DNA of 64,000 nt from Rebecca billardiae RCC1528. Taxonomy: Eukaryota > Protista > Haptophyta. Position numbers and translations under genes: made by a program. Position 1 is the stretch's first letter; the number at the start of each line of letters is the position of its first letter. The stretch lies in contig OZ251224.1 of NCBI GenBank assembly GCA_965240325.2, positions 1,922,001 to 1,986,000 of the forward strand. The letters are read 5' to 3'. The notes beneath the pieces were generated by a model, which did not search any database, had not been told where the DNA came from, and saw only the letters and a program-made list of their open reading frames with translations. Below, piece by piece: positions 11,585 through 20,857 of the stretch.

Positions 11585-12100
11585 ATGGCCCCCTGCGATT
11601 TTGACGTTTCCGCTCGCCACGATTGTCGCTGCCGCGATTGCCGCGATTGCCGCGATTGCCGCGAGATGCGCACCGAGTTCGAGAGCCTCAAGGAGCGCGT
11701 GGTGGCTCTCGAGCGTGTCGTCGTCGCCAAGCCGCCCAAGCCGAGCGCGCGCCCCGGGTCGCTCACGGTGACATCAATAACCGCCATTGAGAGTCACTTT
11801 GGCGGCATCGAAGTGGTCGACGCCAAGTTCTTCAACGAGCACTGCATCGTGGGTAGACTCAGCGAGCCCTTCGTGGAGGGCCCCACTGCGGGCATGGCAC
11901 AATCGTTCAAAATTACCCGCAAAATTGTCGCTATCAGCGAGGCGTACGGCGAGCCGGGTCGGGCGCCGATCTCTCAATCGGCTACGCCCGCAAGCCTTCG
12001 GGACGTGTTGTGGCCGCGCTCGTGGTCACGTCAGCGAGGCGGAGCTTCGCCAAGCGCGCCAAGCGCGCCGATGTTTGCAGATTCTGATGGTGAGGACTGA
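11585..12100 (+). CDS. PLV hypothetical protein with (CRD)n repeat and short coiled coil
   Basis: 171-aa ORF in AAAATG context; 9-bp TGCCGCGAT tandem repeat encodes CRDCRDCRDCR. Confidence 0.6.
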   Translation: MAPCDFDVSARHDCRCRDCRDCRDCREMRTEFESLKERVVALERVVVAKPPKPSARPGSLTVTSITAIESHFGGIEVVDAKFFNEHCIVGRLSEPFVEGPTAGMAQSFKITRKIVAISEAYGEPGRAPISQSATPASLRDVLWPRSWSRQRGGASPSAPSAPMFADSDGED

Positions 12101-12206
12101 CTGGTCTGAGCACCACGCCATCACACAATTTGGAAGGATCAAAAACACTCGAAGGTGCTCGCTCGGAGCGCTTCCGAGGCTTTGGTGGCATGATACTATT
12201 TCGATA

Positions 12207-12857
12207 CTATTTTGAGGGGTTCTTTTTGCGAGCGGACGGCCGCGCGGACGGCCGCAGTAACCGGATACCCTCACTGCGGATACCGGTGATGGGGCCCGTG
12301 AATCGCGCGGTGATGACCTGCGCACGGCGATTGGCGTTCGAACGCGTGGTCACGTTCGCGCCGGCGGGGATGATGTTGTTTTGATCGACGTCCGGGTCGC
12401 GCCCGCCTTGGCGCACGACCTTCCCAGCCTTGTCAAACACGTACCATTTTCCGTCGACGGGCCGGCGCGCGCGCGCCAGTAGCCGGGCGACGTTCTCCTC
12501 GAGCATTGCCGGATTTGAAATTTGGCGCCACTCTTTATCGAGCGGCGGCTTGACGAATCCAAAGCCGGGGTTTGTGAGCGCGAGCAGACGCTTCTCTGCA
12601 GGAAAGACCAAATTCGGAGAGACGACCAAAAACCCGACTAACCTGAACGAATTCCCGGGCTTGGCGTAGGGCATCATATGGCGATAGCCTTTAAAGGTTC
12701 GACTCACGATATTAGCGGTGAGCCCCATTTTGAACAAACGACCGCTCGTATCCCACCCCGGGGCGATTACATATAGGCCCGCCGCCGGCTTTCCTCCCGG
12801 GGCGCGCTTGAGCAAATTGGCGTTTTTCATGGCCTTTTGGAACTGCGATGATTGCAT
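12207..12857 (-). CDS. GIY-YIG superfamily (T5orf172/MUG113-like) nuclease with basic tail
   Basis: GLYVI...FKMGLT...SR...GY...AEKRLL...KEW pattern. Confidence 0.6.
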   Translation of the reverse strand: MQSSQFQKAMKNANLLKRAPGGKPAAGLYVIAPGWDTSGRLFKMGLTANIVSRTFKGYRHMMPYAKPGNSFRLVGFLVVSPNLVFPAEKRLLALTNPGFGFVKPPLDKEWRQISNPAMLEENVARLLARARRPVDGKWYVFDKAGKVVRQGGRDPDVDQNNIIPAGANVTTRSNANRRAQVITARFTGPITGIRSEGIRLLRPSARPSARKKNPSK

Positions 12858-12872
12858 GACCCTTTAGCCTTT

Positions 12873-13148
12873 TTAGCTAATTGTTACTCCGATTTTACTC
12901 ACATTCGTAGCGAGTGACTTGGAGTCGCCCCACAGCAAGTGGCGGCTGTAATAGATGCCAGACTCGGGGTCGTCCCAGCCCTTATCGTGGCGATGGCGAG
13001 CGATCCACGCCGTTTTCTTCGCAGGGTCGCCATGATCGATGTACGTCGACCCGCCACGCGCGCCAAAGTGGAGCGTCCGACCACCCGGCGAAGTCAGCAT
13101 GAACCTCTTGTCTTTGCGCGTAGACCGTTTTAGGCGGCGGTGAATCAT
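12873..13148 (-). CDS. Tlr6F-like (DUF5754-type) small protein typical of PLVs and virophages
   Basis: RKDKRF...HFGARGGSTYIDHGDPAKKTAWIARH...W.DP.S..YYSRHLLWG. Confidence 0.8.
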   Translation of the reverse strand: MIHRRLKRSTRKDKRFMLTSPGGRTLHFGARGGSTYIDHGDPAKKTAWIARHRHDKGWDDPESGIYYSRHLLWGDSKSLATNVSKIGVTIS

Positions 13149-13181
13149 ATCTCATGCCCTTATTAAAGAGACTCTATATTA

Positions 13182-15332
13182 ATGTCGTCCATATTCGGTG
13201 ACTCATCGAGCACCTCCGCAGCCATCGACGGATCTGTCCAGACGGGCGCTGGCGCTGCGGCGTGGTCCGGCGTCGTGCGCACCACCATGACCGGTGAAGG
13301 CAGCTTGTCGGCGACCTTTGATCCGGCATTGCCTGACGGTGAATTGACGCTGCGCTTGGCGGGCGATCGCGATGCTTTCAAAGTGACCAGCGCAACCCTG
13401 ACGCCGACGACCCTGAGCGTCACGTGGACCCGTCAATATCACGATACAGTCAACCGCGGGTTCGATGACGAAACCCATCCGTACTTTGATGTACTCCTCG
13501 ACGGCCACGCAATCACGAGCTTTCCAATTAGCGGGCGGGGCGTGTACTCGCTCGACGGGGCCGTCGTCAATGGCGTCGTGACGCAAAGCTATTTTCAAGA
13601 ACCGCTCGTGAATTTCCCGCTAAATGCTGATTTGCTGGACACGGCCGACCGGGGGCTCTCCTTGGCTCTGGTCGGGACCACCGCGTTCGGTAATGAGGCC
13701 GTCGAGGCCGCCGCAGATGGGGTGACGCTCACCGTAGATCACCCGGGCCACCACGACGGGAATTTGACCGTGTGCTGCTACTTGAGGGGCCCACCGGCGC
13801 TGGGCACTTCCTACGTGCGCCAGGGTAGCGCGATCGCCTTCGCCGAGTGCCGCCTCGAAGCCCCGACCGCAAATACCATGTGCGAGACCTCGCTCGAATT
13901 TACGTCGGCGTCCAACCAGCTCGACGAGGACAACCGTGACCAGTGGAAGTACGTGGCGCTCGTACAAGATGAGGCAAATGCCCAAATATTCGTCGATCAT
14001 ACATTGGTGCACACCCGCAGCTTGGTAGGCGAGAAGCGGCTCTCTCTGTTTTACCCCACTAAAATTGGCCTCGCCCAATACGGTGCCGCTGCACACCTCG
14101 GAGTCTGGCCGCGCGCGCTGGACGCGTCGGAGCGGCTGACCCACGCCGAGTCGTGGCGGGGTGTGGTGGTTCGACGCACGTGGCTGCTCGATGGGGATTT
14201 GCTCGAGGTCGACGGGGCCGCCGCCGCGCTGCAGCCCACGGCCGGCGATTATTTGATGACGAGCGGGTATCTCGAAATGCAAAGTACTAGCACGCTGCAC
14301 CTGGGCCTCAACGAGATGCCCGACATGCTCGGCGGCGACCGGTTCTCGCTGGCGGCATGGGTGTACCGCCCGAACGATCAAGATAGCGTGCGCATGTGGC
14401 TCCTCGAGGATGGCGTCACCGATTTCACGTTCGAAATCATCGCTGGCCAGCTGCGCTCGGAGCTCGGCGCGACAGCGTTCCAGGACTTGGCAGGGCCGGC
14501 ACACGGCGGATGGCACCACGTTGCGCAAACGGTGGATGGCACAGTCTCCAAAATATATATCGATGGCGTGCTCGTGAGTACTGCTGCGCTGCCGGCCACT
14601 TTTACCCCGCTGCTCAGCATCATTGGGCACCGCTTTGCCACCATGCCCGCAGGTGTGCGCCTCTACGCGATGTCGATCGCGCGCGGTATCATCCACGTGC
14701 CGACGGTGATGAATTCGTACACGCCTGAGCAAGCTCTAGCTCCATTTGCCAGCTGGCCGATGACGGCGAATTTGACCGACGATGTGGGTAGCTATGCCTT
14801 TACGGTGTCGACTGGGACCGCAACGCACACCAATGGCTATGCAGATCTCAGTAGCGGTCTGGTGATGACTGCACCGGTGCCGACGCAGACGATGACGACC
14901 TTTGGCTTCTCAGCGTGGGTCTTCGTGGATGATGTGTCGGGCAGCTTCAAGCTCGAATGGCGTAATGCAGGCTCGAAGGTCGTGCATTTCTACTTGTACA
15001 GAAATGGTGTGGGCAACACCGCGTTTGGATTCGATATTACAGGGCAGTCAGGCAACTTGTATGATCGCGTGGATGTGCTGCCGCTGAACACCTGGTACCA
15101 TATTGCCTGGTCGTACACAGTCGGAGGGAACATGGAGGCCTGGCTGAATAAGGTGTCGCTCGGCGCGGAGGCCATGAGCGCCACCGCCGTGGGCGACGTC
15201 AACGAAATTTACGTGAGCACGCCCCCAAGTGGCGGGCCGTTCAAGTGCGCGGCCGTGCGCTTCTATACTGACGGTGCGCTCACCCAGACCGACGTAGATA
15301 GCGACTATGACCTCTTCACGCCGCCGCCATAG
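13182..15332 (+). CDS. PLV protein with three LamG/concanavalin-A-like lectin domains; putative fibre or receptor-binding protein
   Basis: Repeated motifs QWKYVALV...IFVD, GWHHVAQTVDG...IYIDG and TWYHIAWSY...AWLN; FSLAAWV and FGFSAWV precede the second and third. Confidence 0.75.
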   Translation: MSSIFGDSSSTSAAIDGSVQTGAGAAAWSGVVRTTMTGEGSLSATFDPALPDGELTLRLAGDRDAFKVTSATLTPTTLSVTWTRQYHDTVNRGFDDETHPYFDVLLDGHAITSFPISGRGVYSLDGAVVNGVVTQSYFQEPLVNFPLNADLLDTADRGLSLALVGTTAFGNEAVEAAADGVTLTVDHPGHHDGNLTVCCYLRGPPALGTSYVRQGSAIAFAECRLEAPTANTMCETSLEFTSASNQLDEDNRDQWKYVALVQDEANAQIFVDHTLVHTRSLVGEKRLSLFYPTKIGLAQYGAAAHLGVWPRALDASERLTHAESWRGVVVRRTWLLDGDLLEVDGAAAALQPTAGDYLMTSGYLEMQSTSTLHLGLNEMPDMLGGDRFSLAAWVYRPNDQDSVRMWLLEDGVTDFTFEIIAGQLRSELGATAFQDLAGPAHGGWHHVAQTVDGTVSKIYIDGVLVSTAALPATFTPLLSIIGHRFATMPAGVRLYAMSIARGIIHVPTVMNSYTPEQALAPFASWPMTANLTDDVGSYAFTVSTGTATHTNGYADLSSGLVMTAPVPTQTMTTFGFSAWVFVDDVSGSFKLEWRNAGSKVVHFYLYRNGVGNTAFGFDITGQSGNLYDRVDVLPLNTWYHIAWSYTVGGNMEAWLNKVSLGAEAMSATAVGDVNEIYVSTPPSGGPFKCAAVRFYTDGALTQTDVDSDYDLFTPPP

Positions 15333-15373
15333 ACAGTCCCATAGAGCCAAAAATCCGTAGTACCGGTACCATA

Positions 15374-16018
15374 ATGATGCGAGCCGTACCCACTGTATCA
15401 ACCGCCGAAGGCGAAGCGCGCGTCGCGAAAGCGGCCTGGGACGCCGGCGCTACGCTCGCCCGAGATCGCAAGTTCCTCATCGAGGCAAGCTATATGAGCA
15501 AGGCGGCAGCCCGACCGCACCTAGCCAAGCGCGGGTACCGACTTGATGAGCGCCTGTCGGATGAAGCGGACAAAGTAGCCGTGCACATCGCGAGCGGTCG
15601 GCCCGTCGTACTTTTCCGAGGCTCGGCGTCATTCGCCGACTGGGCCGTGTCGGACGTCCTGATCGCGCTGGGATTGAGCGCCAAGGACCCACGCCACGCG
15701 CGCGCGCGCAAGCTGGTGGAGATCGTCAAGCGCAAATACGGCCAGCCCGCCGCTGCGGTGGGGCACTCTCTGGGTGGGCACCTCGCGGAAGAAAGCGGCG
15801 CCTCGCAGATTCACACGTCACAAAAAGCGGCCGGTCTAAAAGATATCGGAAAGGCTTTGCCGAAAAGCCAATTCGATACCCGCTCGCCGGGTGATATAGT
15901 GAGTGCGCTGTCGGTTACGCAGCGTGGTGGGCGCCGGCAGACCCTCGGGCGTGCCAGCTTTGTGGACGCTCTACATAGTCCAGCGTTGTTCGCTTTGAAT
16001 CAGCACCGCGCTCGATAA
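15374..16018 (+). CDS. Class-3 lipase / alpha-beta hydrolase (PLV-type)
   Basis: VLFRGS...DW..D; nucleophile elbow GHSLGG; GDIVS; C-terminal NQH. Confidence 0.85.
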   Translation: MMRAVPTVSTAEGEARVAKAAWDAGATLARDRKFLIEASYMSKAAARPHLAKRGYRLDERLSDEADKVAVHIASGRPVVLFRGSASFADWAVSDVLIALGLSAKDPRHARARKLVEIVKRKYGQPAAAVGHSLGGHLAEESGASQIHTSQKAAGLKDIGKALPKSQFDTRSPGDIVSALSVTQRGGRRQTLGRASFVDALHSPALFALNQHRAR

Positions 16019-16021
16019 TCC

Positions 16022-16134
16022 GCGCTCGGTAATTCTGAGCGCTCGGTAATTCTGAGCGCTCGGTAATTCTGAGCGCTCGGTAATTCTGAGCGCTCGGTAA
16101 TTCGCGCTGAGTAATTCTGAGCGCTCGGTAATTC
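16022..16134. repeat. 17-bp tandem array (GCGCTCGGTAATTCTGA)n between convergent PLV genes
   Basis: Four perfect and about three degenerate units; most unit junctions form the palindrome GAGCGCTC. Confidence 0.9.
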
Positions 16135-16428
16135 TTAGCGCAAGTAACGATCCGCCCGGCTGGCGGCCGCGTCCGCGCGTCCGGCGATCTGGCGCCCGCG
16201 ATTCACCGCTCGCCGCGCGGCTCCAGTGTAGGGGCTGGCGACGTCGCCGAGGCCATCCGTGCGGTCTATTTCATTCAAAAATTGGTTTACGTCGCCGCCG
16301 ATTTTGTCGACGCACGGCTTCAGGTGGTGAGCCGCCGAGCTGATGGGGCGGCCGAGTCGACGCGCTGTGTTTGCCAGCCCGCCGAGCCGACCGCGAATGC
16401 CTCGCGTGAGCCTGCCAAGAAATGACAT
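16135..16428 (-). CDS. Small basic amphipathic protein downstream of MCP; candidate membrane-active or core protein
   Basis: 97 aa, starts MSFLGRLTRGIRGRLGGLANTARRLG; co-oriented 32 bp after the MCP stop. Confidence 0.65.
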   Translation of the reverse strand: MSFLGRLTRGIRGRLGGLANTARRLGRPISSAAHHLKPCVDKIGGDVNQFLNEIDRTDGLGDVASPYTGAARRAVNRGRQIAGRADAAASRADRYLR

Positions 16429-16460
16429 ATCGGTGTATAATTATCATATTTTTTTATTTT

Positions 16461-17774
16461 TTACACGGCGAACTGGAGCTGGTTCTGCGCGACCTCCATC
16501 ATGACGTCGTGCAGCGCCCAGGCATGCCACGTGAACGGCGCACCGTGGTTGCTATCGGCCTCGAAAATGGCGTGCTCCGTGTCCAGACGGCGACCGTCGA
16601 AGAGAATGTCGGACTGCGAGAATGCCGACGTGTTGAATGCGATGGCAAAAGCTGAGTTCGCGAAGCGCGCGCCATTCACCTTGGAAGCGTAGTCGGCGAC
16701 GCCAAGTGCGTTGAACGCCCGCACGAGCTCCGCGCGCGTCTCGGCAGCGCCATTCGTCGCGCTGACCGGCTGGTCTGGCACGAGCATCGAGCCAATGCGC
16801 AGCTGCCACTTGGAGATGGCCGCGCGAGTGCGCAGCGTGACATCGCCCGCGTAAGCATTGCTGTTCGCATCCGGATAGGCGGCGATGATAATCGTGTTGA
16901 CGCTCGCGAGGCGGAAGGGCAGCTGCCAGCTCGTCGCGGTGTTGGGCGATACTGAGTGCTGCGCGTGGAGGTAGCTCATCGACGGAACGTAGAGGTGGTC
17001 GAGGCTGCGCGCAATCTTGGTGTAGGCCGAATCCGAGAGCAGCACCGTGCCCAGCTGCATCTTGACGTCCTGGATCGATGGCATAGCCCCGGGATCAATC
17101 GTGTAGACACCCCAGTCCTTCGTCTGCGCGAGGTGAATGTCCACGCGGAGGCCTTGGTGCAGCTCGGAGATGGGGATGGCCTTGCCGCAGAGCGCACCGA
17201 ACACGTACACAAGCGGGAGGCACACAGTGAGCAAAGCGCCATTCGCGATGACCGCACCCTTAGGCACGTTGAGAGCATTGTTGATCGTCGCCTGCGACAG
17301 AGTCGCGGCGGTTACATCATAATCGGCGCTGCCGAGCATCGAGGCAGTGGAGAAGCACGACGAAGGCCCCGACTGGAAATCCAGCAGGAGATTGTGCAGC
17401 AGGCCCGCCTTGCCCGCCGAGGCGATCATCTGAGAGCCGTGATAGGCGTCGATGCGCTCGATGAGGCTGTAAGCGCTCTGCGAGAGAGTCAGAGAGGTGC
17501 CAGAGGTGTTGTTAATCGTGAATTGAACGACGCTCTGACTTGGATCCATCATAGCGCCTGGTGTGCCCGTAGGCAGATCGAACTGCACCACCTGCCCCGG
17601 AGAGAATGTCGACGCCGGTCCGGCATAGACGGTCGTGCGCTTGTACGTAGCACCGACGGCCACGGGCTTGGGGTTGGCAAAGTCATAATACATCGGTGCT
17701 GTCTCCTCCTGCTCAAGCACCATCGCCTCGTCCGCGCGAATGTCGTTCTTCATGTAACGCCCGGCGTACGCCAT
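16461..17774 (-). CDS. Major capsid protein (double jelly-roll, PLV-type)
   Basis: 437 aa, beta-rich; FSPGQVVQFDLP...DPSQSVVQF, SLIERI, LRVDIHLA, WQLRIGS..VPDQP, FAIAFN pattern; adjacent to the penton gene and near the ATPase. Confidence 0.85.
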   Translation of the reverse strand: MAYAGRYMKNDIRADEAMVLEQEETAPMYYDFANPKPVAVGATYKRTTVYAGPASTFSPGQVVQFDLPTGTPGAMMDPSQSVVQFTINNTSGTSLTLSQSAYSLIERIDAYHGSQMIASAGKAGLLHNLLLDFQSGPSSCFSTASMLGSADYDVTAATLSQATINNALNVPKGAVIANGALLTVCLPLVYVFGALCGKAIPISELHQGLRVDIHLAQTKDWGVYTIDPGAMPSIQDVKMQLGTVLLSDSAYTKIARSLDHLYVPSMSYLHAQHSVSPNTATSWQLPFRLASVNTIIIAAYPDANSNAYAGDVTLRTRAAISKWQLRIGSMLVPDQPVSATNGAAETRAELVRAFNALGVADYASKVNGARFANSAFAIAFNTSAFSQSDILFDGRRLDTEHAIFEADSNHGAPFTWHAWALHDVMMEVAQNQLQFAV

Positions 17775-17812
17775 TTATGTGTGTGTGTTTGGCTCCGACA
17801 TTTTTTTTTTTT

Positions 17813-18574
17813 TTACACAACGACAAATTTGAGCACGACCGAGATTTCGGCGCCGTTGAGATCCACTTCAGCCATCGTCTCAGAATCCAGGAGGCGCAGA
17901 TCAAGATTTTGCACTGAGCGGCGATTCGTCTCGAGGAGGTCGTCTGTTTGGCTCTGGTACGCGAGGACTTGGCCGAACGCGACCGTATTTTGGATGGTGA
18001 CGAGAATATTGCTCGTCGAGCCTGAGTTCAAGGTCGAGTCGCGCGACTTTACGTCGAGGCCTTCGCACACGAGGTGGTAGCCGCGCGGAATCAGATCGAC
18101 CACGGCAGGCGCCTCGATGCTCCCAGTCGCTGGCACGATGAGATCCGACTGCGCTAGGCCCAAGACGCGCGTCGCGGTGGACGAGCCCTTGACCGTGATT
18201 GGGTTGGCGCTCGAGTTGGCAAACGTGAATTTACCGCGCGATGCGTCGAAGGTCACCGTGAGCGTGGCGTTGACCGGCGAGCCCGTAAAGAGCGTGTCCA
18301 GCGCGGTGGCGAGCGAAGTGGCTGTGTAATTCTTGGGTGGGATCGTCATAGTGGTGTCGCCCCAATTCCCGGCGAGACCAATCGAGCCGTTGGAGCCGTC
18401 GACCGCATAACGGCACGACGGGAAGCTTACCGACTCGACGGCGACGAGAATGCTCTCATCGTGGGTGGCCATGATGGGATGGCTCAGCGTAAAGTCAGCG
18501 GCGCTCGTCATCGTGCGCCCCAGCGGGAAGCGGTCCGCCTGAGCCGTGTGCAGGTGAAGTCGGTGAGTCGTCAT
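17813..18574 (-). CDS. Minor capsid protein / penton (single jelly-roll)
   Basis: 253 aa from MTTHRLHL; VESVSFP, IPPKNYT, RVLGL, LDLRLLD...VDLNGAEISVVLKF motifs. Confidence 0.85.
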   Translation of the reverse strand: MTTHRLHLHTAQADRFPLGRTMTSAADFTLSHPIMATHDESILVAVESVSFPSCRYAVDGSNGSIGLAGNWGDTTMTIPPKNYTATSLATALDTLFTGSPVNATLTVTFDASRGKFTFANSSANPITVKGSSTATRVLGLAQSDLIVPATGSIEAPAVVDLIPRGYHLVCEGLDVKSRDSTLNSGSTSNILVTIQNTVAFGQVLAYQSQTDDLLETNRRSVQNLDLRLLDSETMAEVDLNGAEISVVLKFVVV

Positions 18575-18704
18575 TGACAGGGGTGGAGATATTTGGGGCG
18601 ATGATTGCGTCGATGATCTCATCGTCCAAGCCAGGACCCATCCGCTTGCGCGCGATGAATCTGGCGGCCGCCTCCCACGAAAAATCAAACATGGCGGGAT
18701 CCAT
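18495..18704 (-). CDS. Small PLV hypothetical protein overlapping the penton start
   Basis: AAAAATG start context; fills the gap between the penton and the divergent gene at 18751. Confidence 0.35.
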   Translation of the reverse strand: MDPAMFDFSWEAAARFIARKRMGPGLDDEIIDAIIAPNISTPVNDDSPTSPAHGSGGPLPAGAHDDERR

Positions 18705-18750
18705 TTTTCGATCAAAATGGAGTGTCTATTATCTCTAGAACAGATATAAA

Positions 18751-19197
18751 ATGGACGAGGCACCGCCGCCGCCGCCAGCGCTCGCCGTGCCGATCAAGCA
18801 GCCCAAAGCACGCACGGCAGCGCAGATCAAAACCACCGAGGTGATGCGCTTGGCCAAGCTGCGAAACACGTACACCGAGTACGCCCAGCGGTACGCCAAT
18901 CTCGCGGCCCAAGAGCAAGCCAAAATCGACGAGTTGAACGCTACTGTGCCAGTGCCAGAGCCCCCGCCAATCAAGCGCATGACCCCGCCGCCGCCGCCGA
19001 AGGAGCCCGACGAGGACACGCTGGTGCTCGAAGACGACCAGCCAATCGAGTCTACGCGAGCGCCACCACCACCGCGGGCGCCGTCGCGGCCGCCGTCGCG
19101 AGCGCCGCCGAGTGCGCCGCCGAGGGCACCACCGAGTGCGCCGCCGAGGGCACCGCCGAGTGCGGCACCCCCACAAAGAAAACTGAGGTACATCTAG
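18751..19197 (+). CDS. PLV Pro-rich / coiled-coil hypothetical protein
   Basis: 148 aa, ATAAAATG context, (RAPPSAPP)n repeats; directly upstream of the ATPase. Confidence 0.65.
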   Translation: MDEAPPPPPALAVPIKQPKARTAAQIKTTEVMRLAKLRNTYTEYAQRYANLAAQEQAKIDELNATVPVPEPPPIKRMTPPPPPKEPDEDTLVLEDDQPIESTRAPPPPRAPSRPPSRAPPSAPPRAPPSAPPRAPPSAAPPQRKLRYI

Positions 19198-19212
19198 AAA
19201 GCTCTATCTAAA

Positions 19213-19917
19213 ATGCAGATTGCCGAAGAGGCAAATCAAGTCGATCTGAGACTGCCGCGCATCACGGCGGACAAGCCGTTAAAGGTGGGCCTACCCGAGC
19301 CACTGCCCAACCTGACCTTCCACTGGGGCGTGTTTGGTCCGCCACGCAGTGGCAAGTCGAGCCAGGTGGCGGGCTTGATCACTGGCCCCTACCGAGGCGT
19401 TTTTGGAAATGTTATCTGGTGCGCACCGCAGACATCCATGGACTCGTTCGCCAAATCGCCGCTGCGCGACTTGGAATTTGTGTTTAACGAATTTCATGGC
19501 GCGGTCCTGGACGAAATCATCGACATCGCCGAGGAGAATGCCGCCGGCGGTCGTCCAACGCTGCTGGTGATTGACGATTTCGCGGCCAGCCTGCGCGACG
19601 CAAACCTGCAAAAGGCTTACGCCAAGATGGTGCAGAATCGACGGCATATCCGGCTTTCAATCATCGTGATCGCGCAAGGCTATATGAGCGTGCCGCTGAA
19701 TGTGCGCAAGCTTTTTTCAAATATTACCATGTTTCGTCCGAACAATTCCCGCGAGCTCACCGCGCTGCACTCCGAGCTTATCCCCATGTCAAAGGTGGAC
19801 TTTATGGGCGTCTATCACTACATATTCGGAAATGAGCGTCCGCACACGTTCATGTTCATGGACGTTGATGGTGGTATTTTGTACCGAGAGTGGAATCGAC
19901 TGCGCATTAAAAATTAA
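19213..19917 (+). CDS. A32-like (FtsK/HerA) genome-packaging ATPase
   Basis: Walker A GPPRSGKS, Walker B LLVIDD, arginine finger/sensor RRHIRLSIIVIAQ, PLNVR. Confidence 0.92.
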   Translation: MQIAEEANQVDLRLPRITADKPLKVGLPEPLPNLTFHWGVFGPPRSGKSSQVAGLITGPYRGVFGNVIWCAPQTSMDSFAKSPLRDLEFVFNEFHGAVLDEIIDIAEENAAGGRPTLLVIDDFAASLRDANLQKAYAKMVQNRRHIRLSIIVIAQGYMSVPLNVRKLFSNITMFRPNNSRELTALHSELIPMSKVDFMGVYHYIFGNERPHTFMFMDVDGGILYREWNRLRIKN

Positions 19918-19934
19918 TCCGCGGTAGCAATAAC

Positions 19935-20723
19935 ATGGCGACTGCAGTCCATCATCATACCTTCCGCGACACGGTGCCAGCGCGAGTGACTCACTTCACG
20001 CTGAACGGCACGCCGTATGCCGGTGCCATGCACCACCGTGGCAAGAAAGACGGCTGGTGGTCAGGCTTGCATCCAGGTCCAAGCTCGCGCAAGCTCGTGC
20101 ATCATAAGAAACCCATGATATTGCCTGCGCTGGTCACGATCGCCAGGCGAGGCCCGCCTACCAAGACCAAGATCAGCTTTGGGCGCGTCGCCCCCGGCGT
20201 GTACGACCTCGGCCAGTTCACGACGGATGAGGGCCACTACGATGCGAAGCACCTAAAATTCCCGCAACGCGATGCCAGCGGTCAGCCAATCTCGCGGCTG
20301 GTGGTGCGCTCTCAGCCGGCGCCTACTATGACGAGCTCTGACTCCGCCAATCGTCCTGCGGGGAGACCCGCGCCCGCAACGCCCGCGAAGATCCTCGTAC
20401 CCGCGACGCCTTCCCCCGCCGGACCAAGCCGCTCGAGTTCTGTCAGAGTCCCGCCAGTGCCGGACTCGTCTGGGGGTTCGTCCGTTGATAATGAACTACC
20501 TGTGGTCAGAAGCTCCACTCGAACTACTAACAAGAAGATTGCCGAAGGCAGAATCATATCATACCTCGATAACTTCTTAGCGAGATCTAATCAGCTGGGC
20601 TGGACTCCCGAAATTCTAGAGCAGACAATTGCGGCAAATCTAAAGATAAGAATAAATCTCGTTCGAGAAATCATGCGAGAGAGGGATGCTGCCGAGGCGC
20701 TGGCAGCACTTCGTGGGTCTTAA
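19935..20723 (+). CDS. PLV hypothetical protein
   Basis: 262-aa ORF starting 17 bp after the ATPase stop; Ser/Pro linker and an AT-richer helical C-terminus. Confidence 0.65.
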   Translation: MATAVHHHTFRDTVPARVTHFTLNGTPYAGAMHHRGKKDGWWSGLHPGPSSRKLVHHKKPMILPALVTIARRGPPTKTKISFGRVAPGVYDLGQFTTDEGHYDAKHLKFPQRDASGQPISRLVVRSQPAPTMTSSDSANRPAGRPAPATPAKILVPATPSPAGPSRSSSVRVPPVPDSSGGSSVDNELPVVRSSTRTTNKKIAEGRIISYLDNFLARSNQLGWTPEILEQTIAANLKIRINLVREIMRERDAAEALAALRGS

Positions 20724-20743
20724 TTGAAATCTTAGCCGCTCCT

Positions 20744-20857
20744 ATGTGGTGTGCTCTGCTGTTTGCGCTTGTAGCCGGAACCAGCATTGGCCAGTTCATT
20801 TGGATTGCGTTCTTGATGCCTGCTCCTAAGGCGACACCGCTAAAGAAGCCTTCTTAG
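20744..20857 (+). CDS. 37-aa single-pass membrane micro-protein
   Basis: Hand translation MWCALLFALVAGTSIGQFIWIAFLMPAPKATPLKKPS*; its TAG overlaps the TAA of the convergent gene. Confidence 0.5.
   Translation: MWCALLFALVAGTSIGQFIWIAFLMPAPKATPLKKPS

Noticed and set aside
16022-16134. CRISPR-like array
   Set aside because: Units are contiguous with no unique spacers, there are no cas genes, and the context is eukaryotic/viral.
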